Assembly (NCBI GenBank): GCA_913055675.1
Contig: CAJXKY010000009.1
Coordinates: 47 to 64,046, forward strand
DNA from: an uncultured Halanaerobiales bacterium
GTDB lineage: Bacteria > Bacillota > Halanaerobiia > Halanaerobiales > M55B127
Direction: 5' to 3'
Length of the DNA stretch: 64,000 bases
Of the stretch, positions 19,316 to 28,236 are shown piece by piece. How positions within the stretch are numbered: the stretch's first letter is position 1; each line of letters starts with the position of its first letter. Made by a program: the position numbers and the translations under genes. A model generated the notes under the pieces. That model was not told the DNA's origin and made no database searches. It worked only from the letters and a program-made list of their open reading frames with translations.

Positions 19316-19827
19316 TGACAGATATTATAAAGAAGAGAAGAAGTATACGTTCTTATAAAAACAAAGAAGTGGCTGAAGAAAAAATCTATGATTTATTAGA
19401 GGCCGCCATGTTGGCCCCTTCAGCTGGGAATGAGCAACCATGGCATTTTATAATTTTAGATGATAAAGAAATTATTAATGAAATTCCTAAAATTCATCCT
19501 TATTCTCAAATGATCACCCAGGTAAATAAAGCAATCTTAGTATGTGCTGATGTTAATAATACTAAATATGAGGGCTTTTGGGTGCAAGACTGTGCAGCTG
19601 CTACAGAAAATATACTCTTAAAAGCAGTTGATCTTGGTTTAGGTGCTGTTTGGTTAGGGATATATCCTGATGAAGATAGAGTAGCTAAGTTCAAAAGTTT
19701 TTTTGAATTACCAGCAAATATTATTCCAGTTTCATTAATACCAGTTGGATATCCTGATGTAAATAAAGAGACACCTGATAGGTTAGATGAAAATAGAATC
19801 CATAGAAACAAATGGGAAAAATCATAA
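19315..19827 (+). CDS. Nitroreductase family protein
   Basis: RRSIR, APSAGNEQPW, QDCAAA and GLGAVWLG motifs; ATG 19315 after AGGAGG. Confidence 0.9.
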   Translation: MTDIIKKRRSIRSYKNKEVAEEKIYDLLEAAMLAPSAGNEQPWHFIILDDKEIINEIPKIHPYSQMITQVNKAILVCADVNNTKYEGFWVQDCAAATENILLKAVDLGLGAVWLGIYPDEDRVAKFKSFFELPANIIPVSLIPVGYPDVNKETPDRLDENRIHRNKWEKS

Positions 19828-19843
19828 TTGGGGGAGATATTAA

Positions 19844-20347
19844 ATGGAAAGTATTAAATTTAATGAATATCAAAAGGATGTTATGGATGTAATTGGTGAA
19901 GGCGCGTTATTAACTGTTAAAGATGGAGATAAATTAAATACAATGACCATTGGTTGGGGCAGCGTTGGTGTTATATGGGGTAAGCCTATGTTTACAGTTT
20001 TAGTAAGACATTCTCGTTATACTCATAGATTAATTGAAAATACTGACCAATTTACTGTTTCTGTACCTTTAAATGGTCAATTAAAAGAAGAAATCGATTA
20101 TTGTGGAACTAAATCGGGCCGAGATGTTAATAAATTTGAAGAGCTTGGACTAGAATTAGTTGAAGGTGAAGAACTAGAAACTCCCTTTATCAAAAATTTA
20201 GATATTCATTATGAATGCAAGATTGTTTATAAACAAGATATGAACCCTGATTTATTATTTGATGAAGATATTAGAAATAAATATTACCCTCAAGGAGACT
20301 ATCACACTGTATATTATGGTAAAATCATTGGAACCTACAAGGAGTAA
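19844..20347 (+). CDS. Flavin reductase-like FMN-binding (flavoredoxin-like) protein
   Basis: NTMTIGWG, SRYT, CGTKSGRD, ECKI and H motifs. Confidence 0.85.
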   Translation: MESIKFNEYQKDVMDVIGEGALLTVKDGDKLNTMTIGWGSVGVIWGKPMFTVLVRHSRYTHRLIENTDQFTVSVPLNGQLKEEIDYCGTKSGRDVNKFEELGLELVEGEELETPFIKNLDIHYECKIVYKQDMNPDLLFDEDIRNKYYPQGDYHTVYYGKIIGTYKE

Positions 20348-20362
20348 TGTGAGGATATAAAT

Positions 20363-22175
20363 ATGAAAAAAATCAGAAGTATTGAAGAAATAGATTTACA
20401 AGCTATTAAAAATAATCGAGAATACTATAATTCACCAGAGGATTGAAAAGATCAAATAATATATTTTCTCATCGTAAATCGATTTTCAGATGGAAATGAA
20501 GATAAGCGTGAATTATTTAATGAAAATGAAGATTTTGATAATATTAAAAAAACTGATTCTGTTGAAGAAGGGCAAAACTGGGGTTCTAAATGGAACGGGG
20601 GTAGTCTAAAAGGAGTTATATAAATTAGATTACCTTAACAACCTTGGTATATCAGTCATCTTGTTAAGTCCTATATTCAAGCAAGTGGCTTTTCAGGAGA
20701 GCTATCATGGATATGGAATCCAAAATTTTCTGGCTGTTGACCCTCATTTAGGATCAACTGAAGATTTAAAAAAATATTAGTTGAAGAAGCCCATAAAAGG
20801 GATATCTATGTTATTTTAGATATTATATTAAACCATTCTGGTAATGTTTTTGCTTATCAAGGGGATAACCCAAACTGGTCCGGTGATACTTTTAATATTA
20901 GAGCTTTTAGAGATAATAATGGGGAACCTAATATTAATTTAGATGAGATAAATGAAGAAGAGATTTGGCCTGATGGTGCGGTTTGGCCTAAAGAAATGCA
21001 GGATAAAGATATTTATGAGAGAAAGGGCTATAATAAAAATTGGGAGTATTATCCCGAATATGTACAAGGGTATTTTATGTCTTTAAAAACTTATTTTCTC
21101 GGCCATTATAGTGAAGAAGAAGGTTTTATACCCTCAAAAGCTTTAAATATTCTTACCAAAATTTATAAATACTGGATTGCTGAAACAGATATTGATGGAT
21201 ATAGATAAGATACTGTAAAACATCTTGATTGGGGAGCTACTAGGCATTTTGTAAGAGAAATACATGAGTTTACTAAAAGTATTGGCAAGAAAAACTTCTA
21301 TTTAATCGGAGAAATTACAGGTGGTTTTGACTTTGCTTATAACACCTTAAATAAAACCGGTTTGGATGCTGCTTTAGGAATTAATGATATACCTCATAGA
21401 CTTGAAGGGGTAGCCAAAGGATATATAGAACCAGAAAAGTATTTTAATATATTCACTAATTCTGATCTCCCAGAAGATGAAGATTATAAATGGTTTAAAG
21501 ATAATGTTGTTACGATGTTTGATGATCATGATATGGTTAGTCTTGCTGATGATTATAAATATCGTTTTTCGGCAGATGAAGAGACCTCACCATTGCTTTT
21601 AAATTGTATCCTGTTAAATATGACTACTTTAGGTATTCCTTGCCTATATTATGGGACTGAACAGGGATTTGACGGTAGTGGAGATAGTGATCCATACATT
21701 CGGGAATGTATGTTTGGAGGTAAATTTGGAGCATTTAGATCTCAAAACAAACACTTTTTTAATAAAAATACATCTTTATATAAAGGTATTAAAAATATTA
21801 TGAGTTTAAGAGATGAAAATGTTCCTTTAAAACACGGCCGACAGTATTTAAGACCTATTACTTATTCTAGTGACCAAGAATTCTTTATACCCCAAAAAGA
21901 AGATGAAGAAGAGGATCACTGATGTAATAGCGTGGTCTAGAGTATTAAGTGAAGAAGAATATATCTTAGCTGTAAATAATGATATTGAAAATAAAAAAGA
22001 GGTCTATATAAAAATAGACCCCTACTTAAATGATGAAAACCATGAATTTATCTGCATCTATTCATCTCATAAAAATCAAATTGGAAATAAAGCATCAACA
22101 AAAAATATTAATGGAAATATTTGTATAAAAACTGAAATAAATAAAAAAGGAAGAGTTGTATATAAAAAGATATAA
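20363..22175 (+). pseudogene. GH13 alpha-amylase family pseudogene
   Basis: Reconstructed motifs SPEDW, GGSLKG, YHGYG, LDIILNH, GYRxDTVKH, GEI and DDHD. Interrupted by TGA 20444, a frameshift at ~20621, a frameshift in the A7 run 20768-20774, TAA 21206 and a frameshift at ~21900. Confidence 0.88.
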
Positions 22176-22176
22176 T

Positions 22177-23007
22177 TTAGAAACTAATTAAAATTGCATC
22201 TCGATCTGCATAAGTTGCAATTGTTGGCCCCATTTCTGTAATAATTATTTCTTTAAAATTATATCTTTTTTCAACTTCTTCCTTAAAATTTTTTGCTTTT
22301 TCATAACAATCGTAATGGGCAATACCTAAATATTTATTTTCAAGTTCTGACCCGTAGTCATCTATATAATCAATTAGTTTTTCAAAAGCTCTTTGAGATC
22401 CTCGTATTTTTTCATAGACTTTAATTTCTCCTTTATTACTTGCCCCCAATAATAACTTAATATTTAGCATACTTACAATCTTACCCATGATTTTATTCAT
22501 CCGACCACTATTAATTAGATTATCCATATGTTCTAAGATAAAAAAGGTATTTAGACCCTCTATATAAGAGCCTAACTCATTTACAAGTGTATCATTGTCC
22601 ATGCTTTTTTCTCTAAGCTCGAGTAGTTTTAAGATAACTAGACCTTCACCCACGGAAGCAGAAAGAGTATCAAAAACATGTACAAAACTATCATTAACTT
22701 TTTCTAAAAACATTTCTTTAGCAATAGTGGCATTATTGTAACTACTACTTAAAGCAGAAGAAATTGCTATAATAAAATTATCTTGGTTTTCTTTAAGATG
22801 ATTTAAAAAATCTCCTGGAGAAGGAGCTGCAGAACCTGGACTATAGTTAATAGATTTTATTTTTTCATAAAATTCGGATGGAGATAAATTTACACGATCT
22901 TTAAAAACTTCATTTTTAAATTTTAAAGTCATGGGAGCTAAATTTATTTTTTCTAAATATTTTTTAGGTAGATCACAGGAACTATCTGCAATAATATTTA
23001 TTTTCAT
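22177..23007 (-). CDS. DegV family fatty-acid-binding protein
   Basis: IIADSSCDL, PSPG, ISSALSSSY, DTLSAS and SGR motifs. Confidence 0.9.
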   Translation of the reverse strand: MKINIIADSSCDLPKKYLEKINLAPMTLKFKNEVFKDRVNLSPSEFYEKIKSINYSPGSAAPSPGDFLNHLKENQDNFIIAISSALSSSYNNATIAKEMFLEKVNDSFVHVFDTLSASVGEGLVILKLLELREKSMDNDTLVNELGSYIEGLNTFFILEHMDNLINSGRMNKIMGKIVSMLNIKLLLGASNKGEIKVYEKIRGSQRAFEKLIDYIDDYGSELENKYLGIAHYDCYEKAKNFKEEVEKRYNFKEIIITEMGPTIATYADRDAILISF

Positions 23008-23133
23008 TAAAACAACCTCCAGAGAATATATTATTTGATTGAAAGATTAAAAAACGACCTTACTTAATATTATAATCTAAAAATAGAGGTTTTTAAAGGT
23101 AAATCGGCTTATATTTGTTAAAAAAAGAGTATA

Positions 23134-23161
23134 ATTTCGTAAAATATGTATTTTACGAAAT
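23134..23161. other. Candidate dif (Xer recombination) site
   Basis: Perfect 11-6-11 inverted repeat ATTTCGTAAAA-TATGTA-TTTTACGAAAT, intergenic, within 1 kb of the gene-strand switch. Confidence 0.6.
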
Positions 23162-23312
23162 AAAATAAAAATTATTTTGCACTATTTTTTAATATTTACC
23201 TATACTATTCACAAAAATATTTATCTACCCATCTCTAAATATGAATATTTTGATCTATTAAAGTTAATTAACAATATTTGTTTTGACTTTATTCAAATTA
23301 AATATTTGATTG

Positions 23313-23424
23313 CAAAAAAATAAAGTATACTTTTAATTAATAAAGTATACTTCTCAAGAGATCGCAGCTATTCGTTTTTAATTTATAAACTCGCCATTAA
23401 TAATCCTATAGGGGAATTTATCTA
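23313..23424 (-). ncRNA. Candidate small RNA (~110 nt)
   Basis: Minus-strand TTCATA-17-TATAAA promoter (23459-23431), GC-enriched body and terminator hairpin AAGTATACTTT/AAAGTATACTT with U-tract; no ORF. Confidence 0.3.
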
Positions 23425-23488
23425 TATCTATTTATACTTATGTTTTAATTATCTATGAAATGATATTTTTTATAATTTGTATTTAAAA

Positions 23489-23812
23489 TTAAACTTCTTT
23501 TTCTATTGGAACTTTTATTATCTGTCCAGGTGACAAATTAGAATTCTTTAAATTATTAATTTTTTTAATTTGATAAACATTTTTTCGAATATTACTTTCT
23601 TTACCGAACTCACTTTCGGCTATTTGCCAGAGTGTTTGTCCATTTTTGATTTCAATATCTTTATAATATATTTCTTTTTTTGTCATTGCTTTGAAAGATA
23701 GGACACTAATTATAAGAATTATGGAGAGTATAATGACTGATATAACAAGAATCTTATTGAAATTAGTCTTTTTTTCATCTTGCCTTGTTAGTTTTGCATT
23801 ACCTTTATACAT
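23489..23812 (-). CDS. yneA: YneA-like SOS cell-division inhibitor (TM + LysM)
   Basis: Single TM then LysM (GQTLWQIA...IKKINNL...LSPGQII); divergent from lexA; ATG 23812 after GGAGG. Confidence 0.8.
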   Translation of the reverse strand: MYKGNAKLTRQDEKKTNFNKILVISVIILSIILIISVLSFKAMTKKEIYYKDIEIKNGQTLWQIAESEFGKESNIRKNVYQIKKINNLKNSNLSPGQIIKVPIEKEV

Positions 23813-23826
23813 TTTATCTGCCTCCA

Positions 23827-23906
23827 ATACGTATGTTCTATATATTATTATAGCAGAACAAGTGTTTGAAGTCAAATTAAATTGGCATAAAATAGAACGA
23901 TTGTTT
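23827..23906. promoter_or_regulatory. Three LexA (Cheo) boxes in the yneA/lexA divergent promoter
   Basis: ATAC-GTAT-GTTC (23827), GAAC-AAGT-GTTT (23856) and GAAC-GATT-GTTT (23895) versus consensus GAAC-N4-GTTC. Promoters TTGACT-17-TATAAT (minus, 23875-23847) and TTGCTT-17-TATAAT (plus, 23905-23933). Confidence 0.8.
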
Positions 23907-24000
23907 GCTTTATAGGGTTTCGTGTGTTATAATTTAAGAAGTAACAGTTATTTGTAATAAAAAATTTTACATATTAAAGTATTATCTGGAGGGTATAAGA

Positions 24001-24657
24001 ATGGCTGATTTAGAAAGTTTAAGTTCGCGCCAAAGACAAATTTATTCATTTATTGTAGAAGAAATTGAGCAAAAGGGTTATCCCCCTTCTGTTCGAGAAA
24101 TTGGTAAGGCAGTTGGTCTAAAATCCCCTGCATCTGTACATAATCATTTAAAAACTTTAGAAAGATTAGATTATATACGGAGAGATCCATCTAAACCAAG
24201 AGCTATCGAAATATTAGATAACGAAAAGAAAGAAAAAGATTTTAAAGATAATTTCGATAAGGAAATGATTCATGTTCCTATTGTGGGAAGGGTTACAGCT
24301 GGTATACCTATCCTTGCTGAGGAAAACATAGAGGATTATTTTCCTGTTCCAACAAGTTTTATTAAAGTTAGAGGTAAAAAGTTATTTATGCTTGAAATTG
24401 ATGGGGAAAGTATGATAAATGCTGGTATTGAGGATGGAGACTATGTTATTGCCCAGCAGCAAAACACAGCAAATAATGGAGAAATAGTAATAGCCCTGAT
24501 AGATAACAGGGCTACAGTAAAAAGATTTTATAAAAGAGAAGATTATGTAGAACTAAAACCGGAAAATCCCAATTATGATCCGATATTAGTTAAAAACGTT
24601 AAACTTTTAGGTAAAGTTGTAGGACTTTTCCGTAATTTTGAGAAAAGAAAGTTTTAA
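24001..24657 (+). CDS. lexA: SOS repressor LexA
   Basis: GYPPSVREI HTH, Ala-Gly cleavage site (VTAG), GESM Ser and TVKR Lys. Confidence 0.97.
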   Translation: MADLESLSSRQRQIYSFIVEEIEQKGYPPSVREIGKAVGLKSPASVHNHLKTLERLDYIRRDPSKPRAIEILDNEKKEKDFKDNFDKEMIHVPIVGRVTAGIPILAEENIEDYFPVPTSFIKVRGKKLFMLEIDGESMINAGIEDGDYVIAQQQNTANNGEIVIALIDNRATVKRFYKREDYVELKPENPNYDPILVKNVKLLGKVVGLFRNFEKRKF

Positions 24658-25274
24658 ATATCATAGAGTTCTTCTATTCTATCAACAGCTTTTTTAATTT
24701 TTTTAAAATCCTTCCAGACAGGCTTTTTCATATTAGCATTTCTTAATAGATAGGCAGGGTGAAAGGTTGGTAAGAAGTATAAATCTCCTTTGTTATACCA
24801 TTTCCCCCTGTCTTCTGTTATTTTTATACTGGAATCAATTAAATATTGAGATGCAACTGCTCCTAAAGGTACTATGACTTTGGGATTTATATATTTCATT
24901 TCAGTTTTTAAAATTGGAGAACAAGCTTTCATTTCATTATCGGTTGGGTTTCTGTTTTCAGGTGGACGACATTTTACTATATTTGTAATATATATGTTAT
25001 TTCTTTTAATGTCGACAGACTCCAAAATTTTATCCAGGAGTCTTCCAGCCCGTCCAACAAAGGGTCTACCCTTTTTATCTTCACTTGCGCCTGGTCCTTC
25101 ACCAATAAACATAATCTTATGATCTAATGATCCTTCTCCCATGACTACCTGGGTACAGGTACTTCTTAAATTACATCGTTTACACTTTAAAGCTTTTTCT
25201 TTAAATTTTTTATAGTCATTTTCAGGATATTTAAACATAGTATCGGTTAATTGACCATTTTGATTAAATATCAT
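24654..25274 (-). CDS. Family 4 uracil-DNA glycosylase (4Fe-4S)
   Basis: CxxC, GEGPG, PFVGRAG, KCRPPENR and HPAYLLR motifs. Confidence 0.92.
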   Translation of the reverse strand: MIFNQNGQLTDTMFKYPENDYKKFKEKALKCKRCNLRSTCTQVVMGEGSLDHKIMFIGEGPGASEDKKGRPFVGRAGRLLDKILESVDIKRNNIYITNIVKCRPPENRNPTDNEMKACSPILKTEMKYINPKVIVPLGAVASQYLIDSSIKITEDRGKWYNKGDLYFLPTFHPAYLLRNANMKKPVWKDFKKIKKAVDRIEELYDI

Positions 25275-25289
25275 AAAAAGCTCTCCTAT

Positions 25290-25922
25290 TTAGTTATTAT
25301 TTAAAATTTCTCTTCCAAGACTACCTGATTTTGATAATTGATTTAAAGCCTTTAAAATATTACCTGTTTCATAATAGATTGCTCCCAATAATAAATGGGA
25401 AAACTCATTATCTTTGGTTTCTAAAGCTTTTTTGGCTTCTTTGATTGCTAAATCATATTCTTCTAATTCAAGGTGACTTGCTGATAGAAAATTACGAATG
25501 TTATAATTCTCAGGTGTTAATTTTAGAATTTTGTTGAAGTATTTGATTGACAAGTCATAATCTTCAACTATAACACCATAAAAGGCTGCATAATTTAATA
25601 AAAGAATATTTTCTTGATATTTTGAGAGTTCATATAAATAGGGTGATACCTTTTTTACAAATTTTTGTTCTTCGAAATCAGAGCCTAGTTTATTTATATT
25701 ATTATAAGCAGCTTTTATATCACCTAAATTTACTAATGAAATTGTTAAATTATAATTTGCCATAATATCGTCAGGTTTCTTTTCAAGTTTTTCAATGTTT
25801 TTTTCTTTAAGAGCTCGCCAATCTGGTTCTTGAACAGCTGCCGAAGCCGAAAAAGAAATTAGAAGTAACATAGATATTGTAATAACTATATAAATTATCT
25901 TATAACGTTTAATAATAATCAA
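25290..25922 (-). CDS. Exported tetratricopeptide-repeat protein
   Basis: Signal peptide (ASA-A) and TPR-like helices. TTG overlaps the SD, so an ATT start is possible. Confidence 0.7.
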   Translation of the reverse strand: MIIIKRYKIIYIVITISMLLLISFSASAAVQEPDWRALKEKNIEKLEKKPDDIMANYNLTISLVNLGDIKAAYNNINKLGSDFEEQKFVKKVSPYLYELSKYQENILLLNYAAFYGVIVEDYDLSIKYFNKILKLTPENYNIRNFLSASHLELEEYDLAIKEAKKALETKDNEFSHLLLGAIYYETGNILKALNQLSKSGSLGREILNNN

Positions 25923-25935
25923 CCTCTTTTAATTA

Positions 25936-27105
25936 TTATTTATAAACAAAATCACTTTCTTCAATTCTTTGAAGAGCTTCTTTGATTCTTTCTAATTCAA
26001 CGGTTAAGGCAATTCTTAAATAATTTTCTCCGTGATCTCCCCAACCGACACCTGGTGTAAAGAATACGCCAGTCTTTTTAAATAATTTTTTTGAAAACTC
26101 AGATGAATCAATATCTTCCGGTACATCAATCCAGAGATAGAAGGAAGCCTTATTTGGTTTAACTTCCCATCCTAATTCCGATAAACCTTCTACAAGTAGG
26201 TCTCTTCTTTCTTTATACAACTCAGTAACTTCTTCAATACTATCCTCTGAATTATATAGTGCTTCAATACCAGCATATTGTATTGCTTCGAAGATACCGG
26301 AATCAATATTAGTTTTTAAACGTCCTAAGGATTCAATTACATCTTCTTTACCACAAGCCCAACCAATTCTCCAGCCTGTCATATTATAGGGTTTAGATAA
26401 AGAATTAAATTCAATTGCAACGTCCTTTGCACCTTCTACTTCTAAAATACTGTGTGGAACTTCTTCATCTAAATAGATATCTGTATAAGCAGCATCATGG
26501 GCAATAATTATATTATATTGTTTTGCAAAATCAATTACTTTTTCAAAAAATTCGAAGCTAGCCATTGCTCCTGTAGGATTATTTGGATAATTTAGGTACA
26601 TAATTTTTGCCTTTTCAGCATCTTCTTCTTTAATACTATCTAAGTCAGGTAAAAAATCATTTTCTTCTAAAAGAGGCATCATGATTGGATTACCATCGGA
26701 AAGAAGAATACTTGTCTTATATACTGGATAACCAGGGTCTGGGACTAACGCTGAATCGCCTGGATTTATATAACAGAGTGGTAAATGAGCTATACCTTCT
26801 TTAGATCCTATCAAAGAAACAACTTCAGTTTCTGGATCTAAATCTACATCAAATCTCTTTTCATATCTTCTACTCACTGCAGTTCTAAATTCCGCTAGAC
26901 CTTCATAGGAAGGATAGCTATGTGTAGTAGGATCTTGAATAGCTTCTTTCATTTTGTTTACTATGTTTTCCGGTGTTGGTTGGTCAGGATCTCCTATTCC
27001 AAAATTAATAACATCCATTCCATCTGCTTTAGCTTCGTTAATCATTCTATCAATTTCAGCAAATAAATATGGTGGTAAATTTTTAATACGATTTGAATTT
27101 TCCAT
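25936..27105 (-). CDS. dapL: LL-diaminopimelate aminotransferase (class I PLP)
   Basis: LPPYLFAEID, IGSKEGIAH, NYPNNPTG and SLSKPYNMTGWRIG motifs; adjacent to dapF. Confidence 0.82.
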   Translation of the reverse strand: MENSNRIKNLPPYLFAEIDRMINEAKADGMDVINFGIGDPDQPTPENIVNKMKEAIQDPTTHSYPSYEGLAEFRTAVSRRYEKRFDVDLDPETEVVSLIGSKEGIAHLPLCYINPGDSALVPDPGYPVYKTSILLSDGNPIMMPLLEENDFLPDLDSIKEEDAEKAKIMYLNYPNNPTGAMASFEFFEKVIDFAKQYNIIIAHDAAYTDIYLDEEVPHSILEVEGAKDVAIEFNSLSKPYNMTGWRIGWACGKEDVIESLGRLKTNIDSGIFEAIQYAGIEALYNSEDSIEEVTELYKERRDLLVEGLSELGWEVKPNKASFYLWIDVPEDIDSSEFSKKLFKKTGVFFTPGVGWGDHGENYLRIALTVELERIKEALQRIEESDFVYK

Positions 27106-27107
27106 TA

Positions 27108-27974
27108 TTACATTCCTCCTGTCATTATTTCACCTTTGAATACAAAGGTTGAAGGACCGGTCATCATCATTTCATCTTCTTTATTTTGTGATATTTGAAG
27201 TGGTCCTCCTGGTAAGTTGATTTGTACATTTCTTTCTACTCTATTCTGGGCAATACTCACAGCTGCAGTAGCACATGCACCCGTTCCACAAGCTAGTGTT
27301 GCACCTGCACCTCTTTCCCAGACTTTTACGTTTATTTGATCTTTTTCAATAACTTCTGCAAATTCTACATTAGTCCCCTTTTTAAACAAAGGATGTTCTT
27401 CTATCTTTGGACCTATTTGTTTTACATTAACTTGATCTAAATTGTTTACATATATAATAGCATGTGGATTACCAGTTGAAGCTCCATTTATAATATATTC
27501 CTTATCATCAATTTTTAAAGGATAACAAAATAGCTTATTGATATTTGCATCAATCATTTTTTTGTTTACATGAAGTTTTTCTAAAGTATATTCTGGTTTT
27601 CCCATATTTACTCTAACAATGCTTTGATATGGCTCATATTCTATAATCTCGGGCTTTATTAAACCAGCAAGTGTTTCAATTTTCAGTGTTTTTTTATTTG
27701 TTAAATCGTTGATATGTAAGTAATGAGCAAAACAGCGAATTCCATTACCACACATCTCAGCTTCACTGCCGTCTGAATTAAAAATTCTCATTTTGAAATC
27801 TGCTTCATCTTTTTGAGAATTTTGGATAAGGATCATACCATCAGCACCAATACCAAAATGACGGTCACATAATTTTTTAGCTAGCTTTGGGTAATTTTCT
27901 ATTTGTTCTTTTAAATCATTTATCATAATAAAGTCATTACCCAGACCATGCATCTTAAAAAATTTAACTTTCAT
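27108..27974 (-). CDS. dapF: Diaminopimelate epimerase
   Basis: KMHGLGNDF, EMCGNG, GNPH and ERGAGATLACGTG motifs; start ATG 27974. Confidence 0.96.
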   Translation of the reverse strand: MKVKFFKMHGLGNDFIMINDLKEQIENYPKLAKKLCDRHFGIGADGMILIQNSQKDEADFKMRIFNSDGSEAEMCGNGIRCFAHYLHINDLTNKKTLKIETLAGLIKPEIIEYEPYQSIVRVNMGKPEYTLEKLHVNKKMIDANINKLFCYPLKIDDKEYIINGASTGNPHAIIYVNNLDQVNVKQIGPKIEEHPLFKKGTNVEFAEVIEKDQINVKVWERGAGATLACGTGACATAAVSIAQNRVERNVQINLPGGPLQISQNKEDEMMMTGPSTFVFKGEIMTGGM

Positions 27975-28218
27975 TATTACGTTCCTTGTTATGGTTAAAA
28001 ATAATATCTTTAATATTTTTCTTAGGCTCAATAGTAGATACTGCATGTTTGTATATAACTTTTAGATCGCTATCAGTTTCTAAAAGGATTGTAAAATCAT
28101 CAAAACCGACTACTTTTCCTTTTAGTTGTACACCATTCATTAGATATAATTTTACCTTGATACTGTTCTTTCGAACATGGTTTAAAATTGTGTCCTGAAT
28201 ATTGATTTTATTTTTCAT
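27964..28218 (-). CDS. hfq: RNA chaperone Hfq
   Basis: IQD, YLMNGVQLKG, FDDF and YKHAVST motifs; downstream of miaA. Confidence 0.95.
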   Translation of the reverse strand: MKNKINIQDTILNHVRKNSIKVKLYLMNGVQLKGKVVGFDDFTILLETDSDLKVIYKHAVSTIEPKKNIKDIIFNHNKERNNES

Positions 28219-28236
28219 TATCTTTTCCCCCTTGAT

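Noticed and set aside
20444-20446. TGA at a Trp position suggesting genetic code 4 or readthrough
   Set aside because: The same gene has a TAA stop and frameshifts, TGA terminates intact genes (marR, miaB), and Trp is TGG elsewhere.
7458-22175. Genomic island or prophage integrated at tRNA-Phe
   Set aside because: Following genes are housekeeping/metabolic; no phage, conjugation or excisionase genes, and no repeat of the tRNA 3' end was noticed.
23691-23915. 74-aa + strand ORF before lexA
   Set aside because: Antisense to yneA and runs through the SOS boxes and promoters.
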